A program made the translations under genes and the position numbers. This document shows, piece after piece, positions 37,401-50,200 of a stretch of DNA of 64,000 nt (position 1 is the first letter of the stretch; the number at the start of each line of letters is the position of its first letter). Source of the DNA: Tubulanus polymorphus (Eukaryota; Animalia; Nemertea); assembly GCF_964204645.1 (NCBI RefSeq), contig NC_134031.1, positions 15,921,807 to 15,985,806 of the forward strand, written 5' to 3'. The notes under the pieces are model-generated. The model had not been told where the DNA came from. It did not search any database and saw nothing but the letters and a program-made list of their open reading frames with translations.

Positions 37401-40400
37401 ATATAAATCAAACTAACGAAAAGATTGATTTTTTCAAACGTACCCGCGATACGTAGTTTTTCAGTACGAGTCAAACGTTTCCCGTCGTTCGCTTCTTTAC
37501 CGGCGCACTCAGACGACGACGACTCGGTTCTCGGTTTCTTGCCACCGACCCCTGAAGCCGATCGACCCCGCTTTATCGCCGCTTTCGAATGTAAAGCGTT
37601 CGTGTCACCACCGGAGCCGGTCAGCGAACACGATCGCGTTTTCCTCTCCGGCGCCGACGGATGTTTACTTCTCATCGCGATCGAGCGACCGATCTCTCGA
37701 GATCGACTCAACGGAGGCTTTTTACTATTTTCGTCGGCGGTTTTCGTGATCAGAGCATTCCCTGAAATACGATCCGTCGGAGCACTCCCCGATCGATCTG
37801 TCAGGTCTGTTATTTCATCGTCGACTAATTCGCTATTACAATGCTTGAAGAAACCGGTATGAAACACCGAACTATTTTGATCGTCTTGCGTTTGATCGAG
37901 TTGATGAGCCAATATCGATTCCTCGGCAGATTCTTCTTCAGATTCCTCTTTCGCCGACGTGACTACGATCCGAGGAATCGGATCAGATTCCGGTGGATTC
38001 ACGCCGTTATTATTTCTATTACGGTTGAACAATTTCCGACAATGCGAATCTACTTTCAGAACGGTCGGTTTAGACTTGACGACGGTCAATCGACGGATCA
38101 TATTTTCGGGCGTCGCCGGCAATTCTAAACTCTCATTGACGAGCTTCGACGGACTGAGGAACTTATTGATGATCTTCGCCGGAGACAATCCTCCGGTCGA
38201 CGTCTCGGTGGTCGGATTACAAATCGGAGAATTTCTCGACAAATGGTGTTTGCTCGGAGAGGATCGGAAGTTCGAATTTTTTGAAACGGTCGCCGATTTC
38301 ACGCTCCGATCAGACTTTTCCGAGGTCTTCGCGCGTTGAGACGAGGCAGCTGCATTTTTTTGCGCCGATGAAAGTTTCGGCTTTTTCGTAATCGTACCGG
38401 AATCGACGCGCTGGTTTTCTTTGCCGTCCGCTTTCCGATTATCGGGAGTACGACAAACTTTGCCATCATTGCCGACCGTCGAAATGGCGGCTTTGGAATC
38501 TTCGAGGTCTCTTAAAAACGAATTCGGACTAATTACGGTTTGTTTAGAACCCGAACTGGTATTTCGACTACAAAACGAATGCATAGAATCATCCAATATA
38601 GACGACTCTTCCGGTACAGGTGACGGGCCTAACCTTACCGGACTACGCGCATGAACCTTATCAGAAGCAGAATCGGTTTTTAATTGATTAGCACTAGGCC
38701 TATAACTTATCGTTTCGCGATATTCGGGCGTTATTTTTCCGATCGGACTTTTACTACTCCGATCGGCCGGAGAAATTGTTCGACTGAATTTACAAGGACT
38801 GGTATTATTATGAATTTTAGTATACGTGCGTGATCTTCTCATCGAAGACGGAGTTGAGACGGTCTCCGGAAGGATGGCTGTCACTGGCGTGAGACTTTTA
38901 TTCGAGATTTCTGTTTCTTTCTTTACGGTTTCACCAATCGTTGGAGTCGCACAGTTAACGGCACCAGTAACTGAAAGCACATCTAAATTATTGCTTGGTT
39001 GGAGCGGAATTTTCTTCACAGCCAAGGAGACAACTGATTTATTTTCGGCTGGCGGTTTCACATCTTGCGGTTGAATTTTCTGAGGCGTGTTGGTCGGTCG
39101 AACAACCGCTAGTGGTTTCTTAGCACCGGTTTTTGGTCCCCATTGTTTCCTCTGCAAATAAAAAATCAATTAAAAAAACTTAATTTAAATGAGTGGCATA
39201 TGAGAATCATTTTTACGCAATGAGGATAAAAGGGTTCTAATTTAATCAGAGAAATCCAGCATTATTCCTTGCTTGCCACAGTTGATTTGGCAATCGTTAC
39301 GCTCAGTTCCACTATCAATAAATACTTAAGTCTAAGAATTGGCCGGAAACTTAAGACCATGGGCCGGTTCCATAGTCATAGCTTATATTTAAGACCAGTC
39401 TTAGACTATCTAGGTTGTATAGCCCATATAACAACTTAAGACCAGTCTTAAGATTAAAGATCACTTTTGGACTTAAGTCTCGACTATGAAATCGGGCCCA
39501 GGGTTTGTAGCACTCGAACTGAGGCAAAAGTCAGCATTTTTATTCCTGAATCCATAGACAAGTTCCCGGCATTTTTCTAAATCAATAATTAAGTCATGAA
39601 ATAAGAAAATGCATTGGCGATCAAGTCTAAAATTTATTTTGAAAGAAACAACTACTTAAAATTTAAACAAAGTTATAACTAACTAGAAAGGTACGACAGA
39701 CCGCCATAAAATTTCCTGTGATGACATGGAGTCTTAAAGCTAAGTTAAACACTTTTTACCTGTAAGGTATTGCACTAATCAGGACCTATCCTAGATCTTT
39801 CCAAAATCAAGCACTTTCAGACTTTGTCAAACTACGAACCCTGAAGGCTGGAACTTGGTTTTTTTTATTTAAAGTTTTCATTTAACGTACGGGGAATAGA
39901 CGAACCTTTTTCTTTTTCGGCGGTTCTTCCGCGGCGCCGAACAGTATGGCCGTCAACCGATAAACGTCACTGATCATAAACTGAACCATCTCGCGACAGT
40001 TCCCTTCCTGTTTCGGCTGCCACGTGATTCTGACCGTCGTATCGTCGCCGGCGGCGACCGTGAACTCTTCGCAACAATCGATTGCGAAATTCTTCTTGAA
40101 CGGGAATTTCTCGACGACGACGTCCTGGTCGTAATCGTGCGGATTACGAATGACGATTCGACACGATTTCGTCGCTCCGACTCGCACGGTGCCGAAACTC
40201 AATCGAGGCGTTTTCGAAAAATGCGTCAGCATCAGAATCTCGACGTCTTCGTCGCCCGATCCGCCGCCGCCATGCTCCATTTCGTCGATCGGGGCCGTTT
40301 GGAGAATTTTTGTGATTTTCGTCAGTGGGACAGCGGCGTTGTCGAACCACGATCTACGGCGTCTTCTACGAGGTGAATCGGTAAATTGTTCCTCTAGTTC

Positions 40401-40445
40401 TATATGTACTACAGCACTACTGTTTGACGATGAATTATCTTCCAT
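22494..40445 (-). CDS. ASPM: Abnormal spindle-like microcephaly-associated protein (ASPM/Asp), complete, about 23 coding exons
   Basis: ASH domain exon 40445-39906 ([15 protein letters not shown]...[11 protein letters not shown]). Low-complexity S/T-P-rich exon 39151-37444. [13 protein letters not shown] motif. CH domains ([11 protein letters not shown]; [23 protein letters not shown]; MSNTIPDEK). Giant IQ exon, then Armadillo-like C-terminus (CNRSVPHME). Stop at 22494. Confidence 0.96.
24086..25718. repeat. 26-bp minisatellite, about 60 copies, consensus AGAAACACTGATTAATTAGAGGTAGA
   Basis: Directly visible tandem array with variant tails (GGTAGA/GGGAGC/AGTAGA/GATAGA) and a 24-bp deletion variant. 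Fills most of ASPM intron 24074-25806. Confidence 0.98.
26873..30328 (-). CDS. ASPM: ASPM giant IQ-repeat exon (3,456 bp, about 48 IQ motifs)
   Basis: 1,152 uninterrupted codons of repeated [IVL]QxxxRx[YF]xxR. TTCCTTCAG acceptor, GTAAGT donor, phase 0-0. Confidence 0.95.
30463..30756. mobile_element. piggyBac-type MITE
   Basis: TTAA-CCTCTTCGCTACCAT...ATGGTAGCGAAGAGG-TTAA, with a duplicated palindromic subterminal GACGTATATTTACGTC. Confidence 0.85.
31181..31490 (+). mobile_element. tRNA-derived CORE-like SINE
   Basis: A-box TGGACGAGTGG, B-box GGTTCGAAATCC, GGGCAAGACACTT...CACCCAGGAGTGAAT body; second copy of the 7811 family. Confidence 0.82.
31915..32194. mobile_element. Penelope-like hammerhead-bearing element (family E), inverted-repeat form, 12-bp target duplication
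   Basis: Inverted arms of roughly 110 bp, flanked by TACTATAGACTC at 31903-31914 and 32195-32206. Contains a hammerhead core. Confidence 0.8.
31996..32040 (-). ncRNA. Minimal type I hammerhead ribozyme
   Basis: Minus strand: GACAC CTGATGA T GATCTC CAGGGT GAGATT GAAAC T GTC GTGTC. Stem I GACAC/GTGTC, CUGAUGA core, stem II, GAAA, GUC cleavage triplet. Confidence 0.72.
35704..35945 (+). mobile_element. 3' fragment of an L2/CR1-type LINE
   Basis: Degenerate ORF2 C-terminus [22 protein letters not shown]...[13 protein letters not shown]. Confidence 0.75.
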
Positions 40446-40719
40446 GTCAGAGATTACCACATTATACAACAACAGCCTGTAATTATCATAATTATGTATA
40501 ATTACTAAATAAATAAATGAGCCTATCTCTGTCTAGTCTGGAATAATCAAGACAAGGACGTATGCAGTATGCAGTTTTTATTTAGGTCAAGCTGTTCTGC
40601 GCTTTATTAAGTTCATAATCATTTGTTACTTGATCAGTCAATTCCGAGAGTTTGAACAGTTTTAGGCTTTTAGTTTTAGATTATTTTTCCGTCGTTGGAT
40701 CAGGTGATGATAGCCTTAC

Positions 40720-41238
40720 GGATGGGCTTTTGAGCCGAGGTATTTGTGAAAATATCCGATCGTGAAACTAAAACCACAGACAGGTTACTGAGTAACCTGG
40801 TCCTATCTAATCTATGAGATTGGTGAAAAGTTCTATCTACAGCATCGATTAGTAAATGAAGAAGTATATTTCAGTAGAAGGCCACCATCAAATTCAAATC
40901 ATATCAGTCAGTTTCATCACCATCTCAAAATTCGAAGCTAATGACGTCACCGTCGAATCGGCCAATCAACAGTCGCGCTACAATTCAATAGTTGATCGGG
41001 ATCGAATCCTGAATTCATCAACTCTTAATCCTAAACTTCAAATCCCGATATCTCGGAGCCGTCCCTATGTTGGTGACTGACCCCATCGAACCCGGAAACA
41101 CTGCACTCCAGAAAAGTTGATTTCCTCACATTAAATGCCGACAAATGTCAGAATATGCTTCGTAAATTTGGCGAAGTCTAATTTTCAAGTCATGTTTAAA
41201 TAGAATGTTAATAAACTGCACACACAGATAATCTGATA
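40720..41238. promoter_or_regulatory. Bidirectional ASPM/OPA1 promoter region
   Basis: Divergent start codons ~790 bp apart. TTCAAA (CHR TTTGAA on minus) 40893-40898, TTCGAA 40931-40936, CRE TGACGTCA 40942-40949, CCAAT 40962-40966. Confidence 0.6.
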
Positions 41239-44200
41239 ATGTCTGTGAGCTTGATTTTAACTGGAAGATTCGGGTGAGAGAACAGCAAATTTACACAACT
41301 TTTTCGTCCTTCGTTCGGCCTCGTCCATTGATTGCATTGCATTTGTAGTAAAGCCATCCTGGAATCTCTTCATCAGTTTAAGCAATCAGCTTTCTTAACC
41401 AACTCTCTTTGGTGTGTGCTCCAAAGTGTAGGCGTCTATCACACTGGGCTTACTAAAGTCTTGAAAATCAATTAGGCCTAGTAAAGAAACAATTCTGGTA
41501 AATTCATACTTTTTCACTTATATTTGTATTATAAATCTTTACAGCAACTACTGCCAACGATGCGTTACGCGTAAAATAACTGCAAGAATCGTGAAAACTG
41601 AAGTTAGAGAATTAACCCACTGCGGTGTAGACATGAGGATCATTAAAACGACCAATCCCTATTCATTATTATCCGCTAACTCTCGACAGTATTCCAGTTT
41701 TCATCGAAACTGTCGAATTTTGACCATCCGGTACAATACAGCGCAATCTATAGGACATCAACATAGACAAATTAGTTCAACAATATTAAAAACTCTCGGT
41801 CGCTTCACGAAATTAAGATATCTGCTGATATCGTCTGCTATCGGTGGTGGAGTAGCTCTGAACAGGGTAAGCATGAACAGAAATAAATGTCTTTGTTTGG
41901 GTTTCGTGGTTGGTTTTTGGTTACCACCCTTTTAACGTGTTGACTTGATGTCACTCTTGATGTCAAAAATCACGAAAACCTGTAATCCAAAATGTTTTGG
42001 TCCACTTCTTTTTGGGAACCCATTCTCATCGAGACGACTGTAAAGCTTGAATTTTTGCACAAGCTATGTTTAAGTTCTTTATTTCCTTTCATCAAGATTA
42101 TGTTCAGTAGGCCTAACTGTTATGTTATTGTAGCCTACCTCGATATGGAAAAATCTGGAAAATGTGTGTAAAAAATTCTGAAATACCCTGTGGTTGGTTT
42201 AAGTCTGGTATAGGCTTACTCAATTCAATTTCAATTGAGTTAGCACCCGCGGTTAAAGATAATACCAGTCTACTGTCCCCTAGTATTTTGTTGTGAGAAA
42301 ATGAAAATAGCTAAGCAAAGCTGTGAAAATTCCTGAGTTCATCAATCTTGTCCTGGTCGCATTTTAGGGTGGGGTAGCATCGGCGATGAAAGCGCTTTAA
42401 TTAGATAATTTCCGTTATTATTTTTGTAGACATACGAACGATGGAAGGATAAAGTGCCGGACATCGAGTGGATGAAGGATTATATACCGGATAAAGAAAA
42501 CTGGAGTAAATCGATGAGAAGATTCAGCGCTCGGTTCTCGCTGCCGGAGAAGGTACGTTGTCTCACGATATATTCATACGTGTGCTTGCTTGAGAATGAG
42601 GTATCGGTACTCCTCACCAGGTGGCGCAACAATACACTAGGTTATTCGGTAGTGAAAATGAGGTCATTTTCAATGAAATTTGACCTGGGGCCAGTTGCAC
42701 AGTCCAAAAGTGGTCTTAAATCTTAAGACTGGTCTCCAGTTGTTAGATGGGCTATAGAACTAAGTTGGTCTTAGACTGGTCTTAAGTCTAAGCCATGACT
42801 ATGCAACCGGCCCCTGGATGTTCAGGCTTCAAATTGAATGCAAGTATTATCAAACAAGTCATCTAATGATGGATGAATTCACGATAGCTTCTCACTCAGC
42901 GTATGGTATAGATTTTAATGGAAATTGATTTAATATATTGATTATGTAATTTTTGTTTCTCTGATGATGAAGTTTACTCAAAACTTTGAAACTGTCGGAA
43001 TAAATTGTTAAGTCGTCAACTGCGGGTTTTGCTCATTAAGTCTGAAATAGTGAGATTAACATCGGTTTACCAGTCATCGATTTACCAACTGGGAAAGTTG
43101 ATTCAATTTTAAAACTGTTGAAATCGCTGCCTGGATAACCGAGTACGGTAACCACAAGGAAACCTGACAGAATCCTCACTAGTACTGGTGGTGCTGGCCA
43201 TAAAGACAGCTCATTAAAACCGTGTTTATATTTCCAGGGTTGGTTGAAACGGTCAGCGCCGGAAATTCCGGATTTCCAGCCTTTTCGAGATTGGTTGAAC
43301 AAGAAGTCATCGGATACGAACGATGTTTCTTCGTTCTTTTCTGAAGGTAAAACACAATCTTTGTTGTCTTTTCACGTCATTTATTTTTTTCGATTATTTT
43401 CTCTGATGCGTATTGTATTCAGAATTATATTTGGTACAAACTGAGTTTCAATCGTCACAATAGGAATATCTTATCCTTTTTGAAATTTGCATGCATGGGT
43501 TGGCGACGTGTATTATCAAATTTGTTTCTGTTTTGATTGCGTTATCTTGATTTCTAAACCATATGGCGAATCAGTTTCTTAATGAATATTGGATCGAACA
43601 TATCTACTGGGTCCAGTTTTCCGACAGATAGAGCTTGAAACATTTAAGCAATCGCCACTTTATATAACATTTGAAGCTGATATGAGCCCTGAAGGACAGA
43701 ATCGTATTTGTCGAACTGTCCTTATCTTCATTTCATTTCTCTATACTGCGTGACGTGTTCATTGTATCGAAGATGATTGTAATGAGATGGTATGATTTTG
43801 GAACTAATCGCTGCTTTATTTTGCTTTTACGACTCTGTTTTGCCAGGTTTTCCACAGTTTACAAGTCTAGGCTTAACAAGTGCAGGTTTGTAGTTTATCA
43901 CTGTTTCTAAAACCACTTCGGACACGAAAACCCGACTTCTTCGAGTTGAGCTTAAAACGGATTCTTTCTGTTTTCTCAGTTTGAAAACAAATATATCTTT
44001 TTTCGAAAACCTTTTAAATATATTCATTTTCTAAATGCTTATAATAAATGGTAATTTTCAGATGACACGTTTGAAAGTGAAGCCATAGATTTTGGTATAT
44101 TTCAAATTCTTCATCGAGATTATTTTTTTCTCAAATTTTTCATCTCAAATCATTTTGTCAATCATCGATAACTAACACTATTTAGATTCATTCAAACAAA

Positions 44201-47200
44201 ACACCAACCAGTATACTATACATGTATAAATCTGCACTGCGCCCAGTACCGTATTTATTCATTAGCGGTTCCTATATCATACCATTTTAATTGCAATTGA
44301 GTCCACGAATTGATAGTTTAGTAATGTTTGTTTAGTTTAAGATGAATATAATTAATGATTTACGTGTGTTTTTAATAGAAATTCGTTTTGTTTGTCATTA
44401 TAACTAATTCTAACTAGTTTTTGTCCGCTGTTGATAGACACATTTCTTTAATAGTTCTACTATAGTACAAATACTGTATATTTATGTGTAGGCGTGATGA
44501 CTAATGTCTATTTCAACTTGACTTGAGAGCACATCAGGTGGCCTAGCTCGGTCAGTTTTGGTCAGTTTTGGTAGTACGATACCTGATAAAAGTCTTATTG
44601 GGACCAGAAATGACTGGCAGTTGACCTAAAACATTGATTTTAATCCATTCTTTATTGTATTAAAGGGTTGCAAATCCTTCAATACAGTGAAGAATGATTA
44701 ATATCCTTCAATACAGTTTAAAATGGATCAAAAACGATGTTATAGTTCAACTGCCAGTCTAATCTGGTCCTAGTATGTAAGACTCATATCAGGTATGTAC
44801 CATCAAAACTGACCGAGCTAGGCCACCTGATATGCTTTCAAGTCATGTTGAAATAGACATTAGATTCTGCGAACTGTGATTCCAGAATTAATGCGCTGCA
44901 ATCAATATTTCACCCACTAAAGTGCGCTGCATTTATTTATCATTTCAGGGATGATTGGTATTGATGATGATGAGTTGAACAAAGAATTAAATAAATTTCA
45001 CAATTCTCAAGGTAGATTTGCGTAAACGTTTTAGATAAATATATATACATATATGTGCGAACGAAGCATTGTATTATGAGAGATATTGTTTATATCGGTA
45101 TCGTAAATGCCCGGTATTGTCTGATTTCAGAAGCCACTTCTAAAACCGATGCTAGTCAAAACTTGAAAAAAAATCTATTTTCGTTCGGAAGTTTCAGTAA
45201 ATCAAGTACCGATGAAAATATTAAAGTGGTAAGCGCACATCAAACATGTAAAAGGAAATTAAGTGACTTCTCCGAATTGAAATCTCTCGTCGTGCCAATA
45301 GTTTCCTCTTCATGCGCCCATTTCTTTACGAATTTGTAGCCCTCTGATAAAGAGCGACTGGAACAGATTCAACAGGAGATGATTAAAGTTCAGGTGCAGT
45401 ATCAGAAAGAGATCGAACGCGTCGAAAAAGAAAACAAAGAACTTCGCAAAGAATTGATACTGAAAAAACAAAAGAACGGCCGAAAACGTCAGATGAAGGT
45501 TTGAACCATTTTAATTAAATACTGTGATGAAAAATACTTACGTTGTGATGATCATTATGTTGACGAATGAGCCATACGATGACTTACACTTAGTAAATTG
45601 AATTGAAATAAAGAACTCAAAAATTGAGAAGACTTCAGTGATGTATTGACTTATATGACAAGCTAGTTTGACTGTATTGAATGTGCGGGTTAGTGTGATT
45701 ATCTATGATTTATAGAAATCATCTTATAGAGTTCTTACGTAAGAGCTGACGCTTCTAACTAAGTTAGAATCTGCAGTGCATCCAGGGGTGAACATATCTG
45801 TTGTAAGATCCAAATTCGCTGTAATGTCATATTGTGGCGAATGTGAGTTTTATTGAATATTTGTGTACACAACTTACCGTAATGGAAATTAAATTCAAAT
45901 GTTAGAAATTGTTAGAAGTGCTTATAAGAAAAAGTTGAATAGGCCTGTGACAAAATCTTCTACCGTTGAATTAAGCTGTAAGCTTTAAAAATGAATTTAT
46001 TTTCAGAAATCATGTATTGACATGTATTCAGAGGTGCTAGATGAATTAGCCGATTATGATTCTAGTTACAATACGCAAGATCATCTTCCCAGAGTAAGTA
46101 CATGGCGTCTTCTGCTTCATCAAAATCGGTATCAGACAACGTAATCATAACCTTTCTATTTATCCTGAAAAGGTAGTCGTAGTCGGTGATCAGAGTTCTG
46201 GTAAAACAAGCGTTTTAGAGATGTTAGTTCAGGCTCGAATATTTCCAAGGTATGCGAGATGATCGGTGAACATTCTTGATCTGATTTATTCAATTATAAC
46301 GAATTGTTGTACGCGATATAATTGTAGAGGGTCTGGCGAAATGATGACGCGATCTCCGGTGAAAGTTACGCTCAGCGAAGGACCGTATCATATAGCTTCG
46401 TTTAAAGACAGTAATAGGGAATTCGATTTATCGAAAGAATCCGATGTAAGTTTTGAATGAAATTGTTCACAAGGGTCCAGTTCCACGGTTCTGAGTTACG
46501 ATTTGACCCTGGGTTAAAACATTGAAAATGAATTGGTTTTAACTCAGAGTTAACTCTAACTCACAACTGTGGAACTGGGTGAAGATCAGTATACAAATAG
46601 AAATTGTGCTTAAAAACAATGAAAGATTCTTTTGGATAAAAAGACGTGAAAAGATGAGTTTCTGGTATGGAATGATTGATTTAAAGTTATTTCTCCTGAT
46701 TCCAGTTAGATGCTTTGCGAAGGGAAGTTGAAATTCGAATGAAGACCAGCGTTCAGGACGGTCAAACAGTCAGTGCCGAGGTAAACACGTCTACTCTTTG
46801 ATCTGTTACTTCTCTTATTCAACTGCAAATCATTATTCATATTTCTGGTACTTTCAGACTATTTCGATGACAGTGAAAGGTCCTGGTTTACAGAGAATGG
46901 TTTTAGTAGATTTGCCCGGTGTTATCAGTGTAGGTAGTTCACTATACTCCACCAGTCTATAAAATTGCTTCTGATACTGATAGAGTTAGCGTACGTGTTT
47001 CGCTTTCAGACTGTTACAAACGAGATGGCTTCGAACACCAGAGACGAAATCGTGAAAATCTGCCAACGCAATATGCAAAATCCGAATGCGATTATACTCT
47101 GTATTCAAGGTAAGATAGAATAGACTGAGGCCATCCCATAAATAGTGGTCTGTTTGCCGTAATCCGACCGACCCGACTTCAAAGGTGCCGAGTGAAAAAT

Positions 47201-50200
47201 TTTTTTTCTGGGATTCATTTTATTTTTGACAAAAAACGGCTGACCGAATGACCCCCGCTGATGTATGCTCTACGTATGTTTATAGTCGAGTATCATCGCC
47301 TAGTTTGAGTAATCCAGGAAACTGACAGTGTTCTAATAAGTTGACGAACAGACGATTAATTAGGGATGGCCTGATATATGTTTGATAGTTGAACGCACAC
47401 GATTCAGAAATCGAAAACCATTTGAAATTTGATTCTTGAACTTTTACTTCGATTGACAGACGGTTCGTTGGATGCCGAGCGGAGTAACGTTACCGATCTC
47501 GTTAGCACGGTCGATCCATCGGGAAAACGCACAATATTCGTACTTACTAAAGTTGATTTAGCAGAAAGTCAACTGGTCAATCCGGATCGGGTCAGTTACC
47601 CTCAAAAATTAGCTATTCTCGAAGATTTATCGAATAAGAAGTTTTCTGAATTCCTATTTTTTAATGTCTTACGATTTTGGATATTTAGATCAAGAAAATT
47701 TTAGAAGGGAAGTTGTTCCCGATGAAGGCTCTCGGATATTTTGCAGTCGTCACTGGACGAGGTTAGTGCGATAGAGCTAACAGCTTTACAATTTAAGAGT
47801 GAAATTGCGCGACGTTTTCATATTAAATCTGCCGTCATTTCAGGTAATACTGGCGACAGTATTCAGGACATCAAAAACTACGAAGAGAACTTTTTCAGAA
47901 ATTCGAAATTGTTCAAGTAAGCGGGCTAATTTTTTTTTCTTCATCAAATTAGCCTCTTAGAAATCTGTGCCATAAATACGAAAGATTATCGTAGTAAGCA
48001 ATGTTTGATGATCCTGTTCTATTCAGGGATGGTGTTTTAAAACCTACTCAAATGACGACCCAGAATCTAAGCTTCGCAGTGTCGGACCGGTTTTGGAAAA
48101 TGGTACGAGCTTCAGTTGAACAACAGACTGATGCATTTAAAGGTAAACAATCAGCAACTCCCTGTTGTTTATTTTGAGGTGGTGCAGCCTTTTAAGTATT
48201 TCACAGAGAATGCCTGGCAGCATGAGTCGCGAAGTATTTTGAGTTTTTTTTCTTTGTTGACAGCTACCCGATTCAACTTAGAAACCGAATGGAAAAATAC
48301 ATTTCCTCGTCAAAGAGAATTAGACAGAGTAAGCCTTTAAAACCATACATATCCACGATAGTTATATTTTTAGCGCCACTCATGAATTCATTTCTCAGTT
48401 CGTTTCTGACTGAAATTCTAGGAGGAGTTGTTTGAGAAGGCACGAGGAGAAATCTTAGACGAAGTCATCAATTTAAGTCAAGTCACTTCGCAACACTGGT
48501 AAGTCTTTGAAGCCTTTCAAATGTATATACCGGCTTCGGAAAGAGATACAATCTTTGAAAGAATAAAAGTTTTTTCCAAATTTTTCAGGGAAGAAGTTTT
48601 CACTAAAAAACTTTGGGAAAAAGTTTCCCTGCATGTATTTGAAAATATCTATCTTCCAGCAGCACAGACGGACAACTCAGGGTAAAAATTGCTTGTCGAT
48701 TCTTTCTCTATTTATTGTAGTTCATATTTCATTTTGAATTAATTACTTCTTGTTTATTCGTTTTGTTGTAGAACTTTCAACACCTCAGTAGATATCAAAT
48801 TAAAACATTGGGCAGATAAACAGCTACCTATGAAATGCGTTGAGGTAAATGGTTCGAAATTTCCTTTGAAAAAAATGAACAGAATTTCTTACAAGCAGTA
48901 ATAACCCCTAACTTTCATTGTCTAAAACCTAGGGGCCGGTTCCATAGTCATCGCTTAGACTTAAGACCAGTCTAAGACCAACTTAGTTCAATAGACAATC
49001 TAACAACCCAAGACCAGTCTTAAGATTTAACACCACTTATGGATTTAATTAGTCTCAACTATGGATCCGGTCCCTGGATTGCTGCATCTTCAGATATTAT
49101 AATCTTATGAATCTGTTTGGATATCATAATGTGATCAGGTTGGCTGGGACGCTCTGCAAGAAGAATTCAAAAAGTTTTTAGAAGAACACAAGAAAAGCAA
49201 AGGACACGATAGTATTTACGACAATTTAAAAGCTGCGGTTTGTGAAGAAAGCAGCCGTCGACATAAATGGGATGATAAAGCCGAGGATAGTCTGGTAAGT
49301 CGATCAACAGCAGACGTAACTCTTTTTTCGTATTTTCGGTGTTTGATTTTAATTTCGATTTTCTGTGTTTATAAAGCGTGTAATTCAATTGAACGCCCTC
49401 GAAGATAGATCTGTACACGATAAACAACATTGGGACGCCGCGATACGATTCATGGAGAAATCGTTACTACTCAAACTACAAGAGAGTAAGCATTCACGAT
49501 TTACGTAATGAGCAAAATACACAGTCGATGATATATCGCTTTATTCCGACAGTTCGAGGATGAACTTTGAAAGTGTTAGAATAAATTGTTAAATCATTTA
49601 CTATGGGTTTTGTTCATCAATTCAGAAATACTGAGATTGATAACAGTCAACGCCAGTCAAGCATTCCCGAGTTGCCTTTCTTGAAACGGTTTCTTTTCGT
49701 GGTGATTACATGGTCTATCTCAATAGTCAAAAGAAAAACCATTGATCACATCTATAATTATACCATTGACCTTATAATTATATTGAATCTATATTCTCCA
49801 TTGCATACAATACCAATTAGGCCCTTTGCGAAGTTAATCTTAGTTTTGAATAGAGATGAATGGTTGAAAAAAAAATTCAAAGTCAGGAAAGCTCAAGTTC
49901 TTGGTACATAATAACCAGAATCCTATTTGCTTTGAATTCAGCTGACGCTCATATTCATGAAATGACTGGTCCATCGACGAGTGAACAATGGACTAGGTGG
50001 TGCTCTCGAACTACCGAACAGAAAAATCGCTGCAACGTCATAAGAGAACTAGAAAAACTAATCAACGCCGAAAAAGTAAGTTTAGACAGGTGCAATTAAT
50101 GCTTGGAATTTATCTCGTCATTCTTTAATGTTTTTTGAATATATCACAGAAACATAGCCCGACGCTTTCGTACGACGAAGTTACAACCGTGCGAAAAAAC

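Noticed and set aside
41145-41165. OPA1 start ATGTCAGAATATGCTTC|GT (MSEYA, resembling the alternative ABCA2 exon)
   Set aside because: Weaker donor than 41273|GTGAGA and an acidic start unsuited to a mitochondrial presequence; the resemblance is probably chance.
45520-45620. Intronic C/D snoRNA (GTGATGA motifs)
   Set aside because: No well-placed D box (CTGA) or terminal stem seen.
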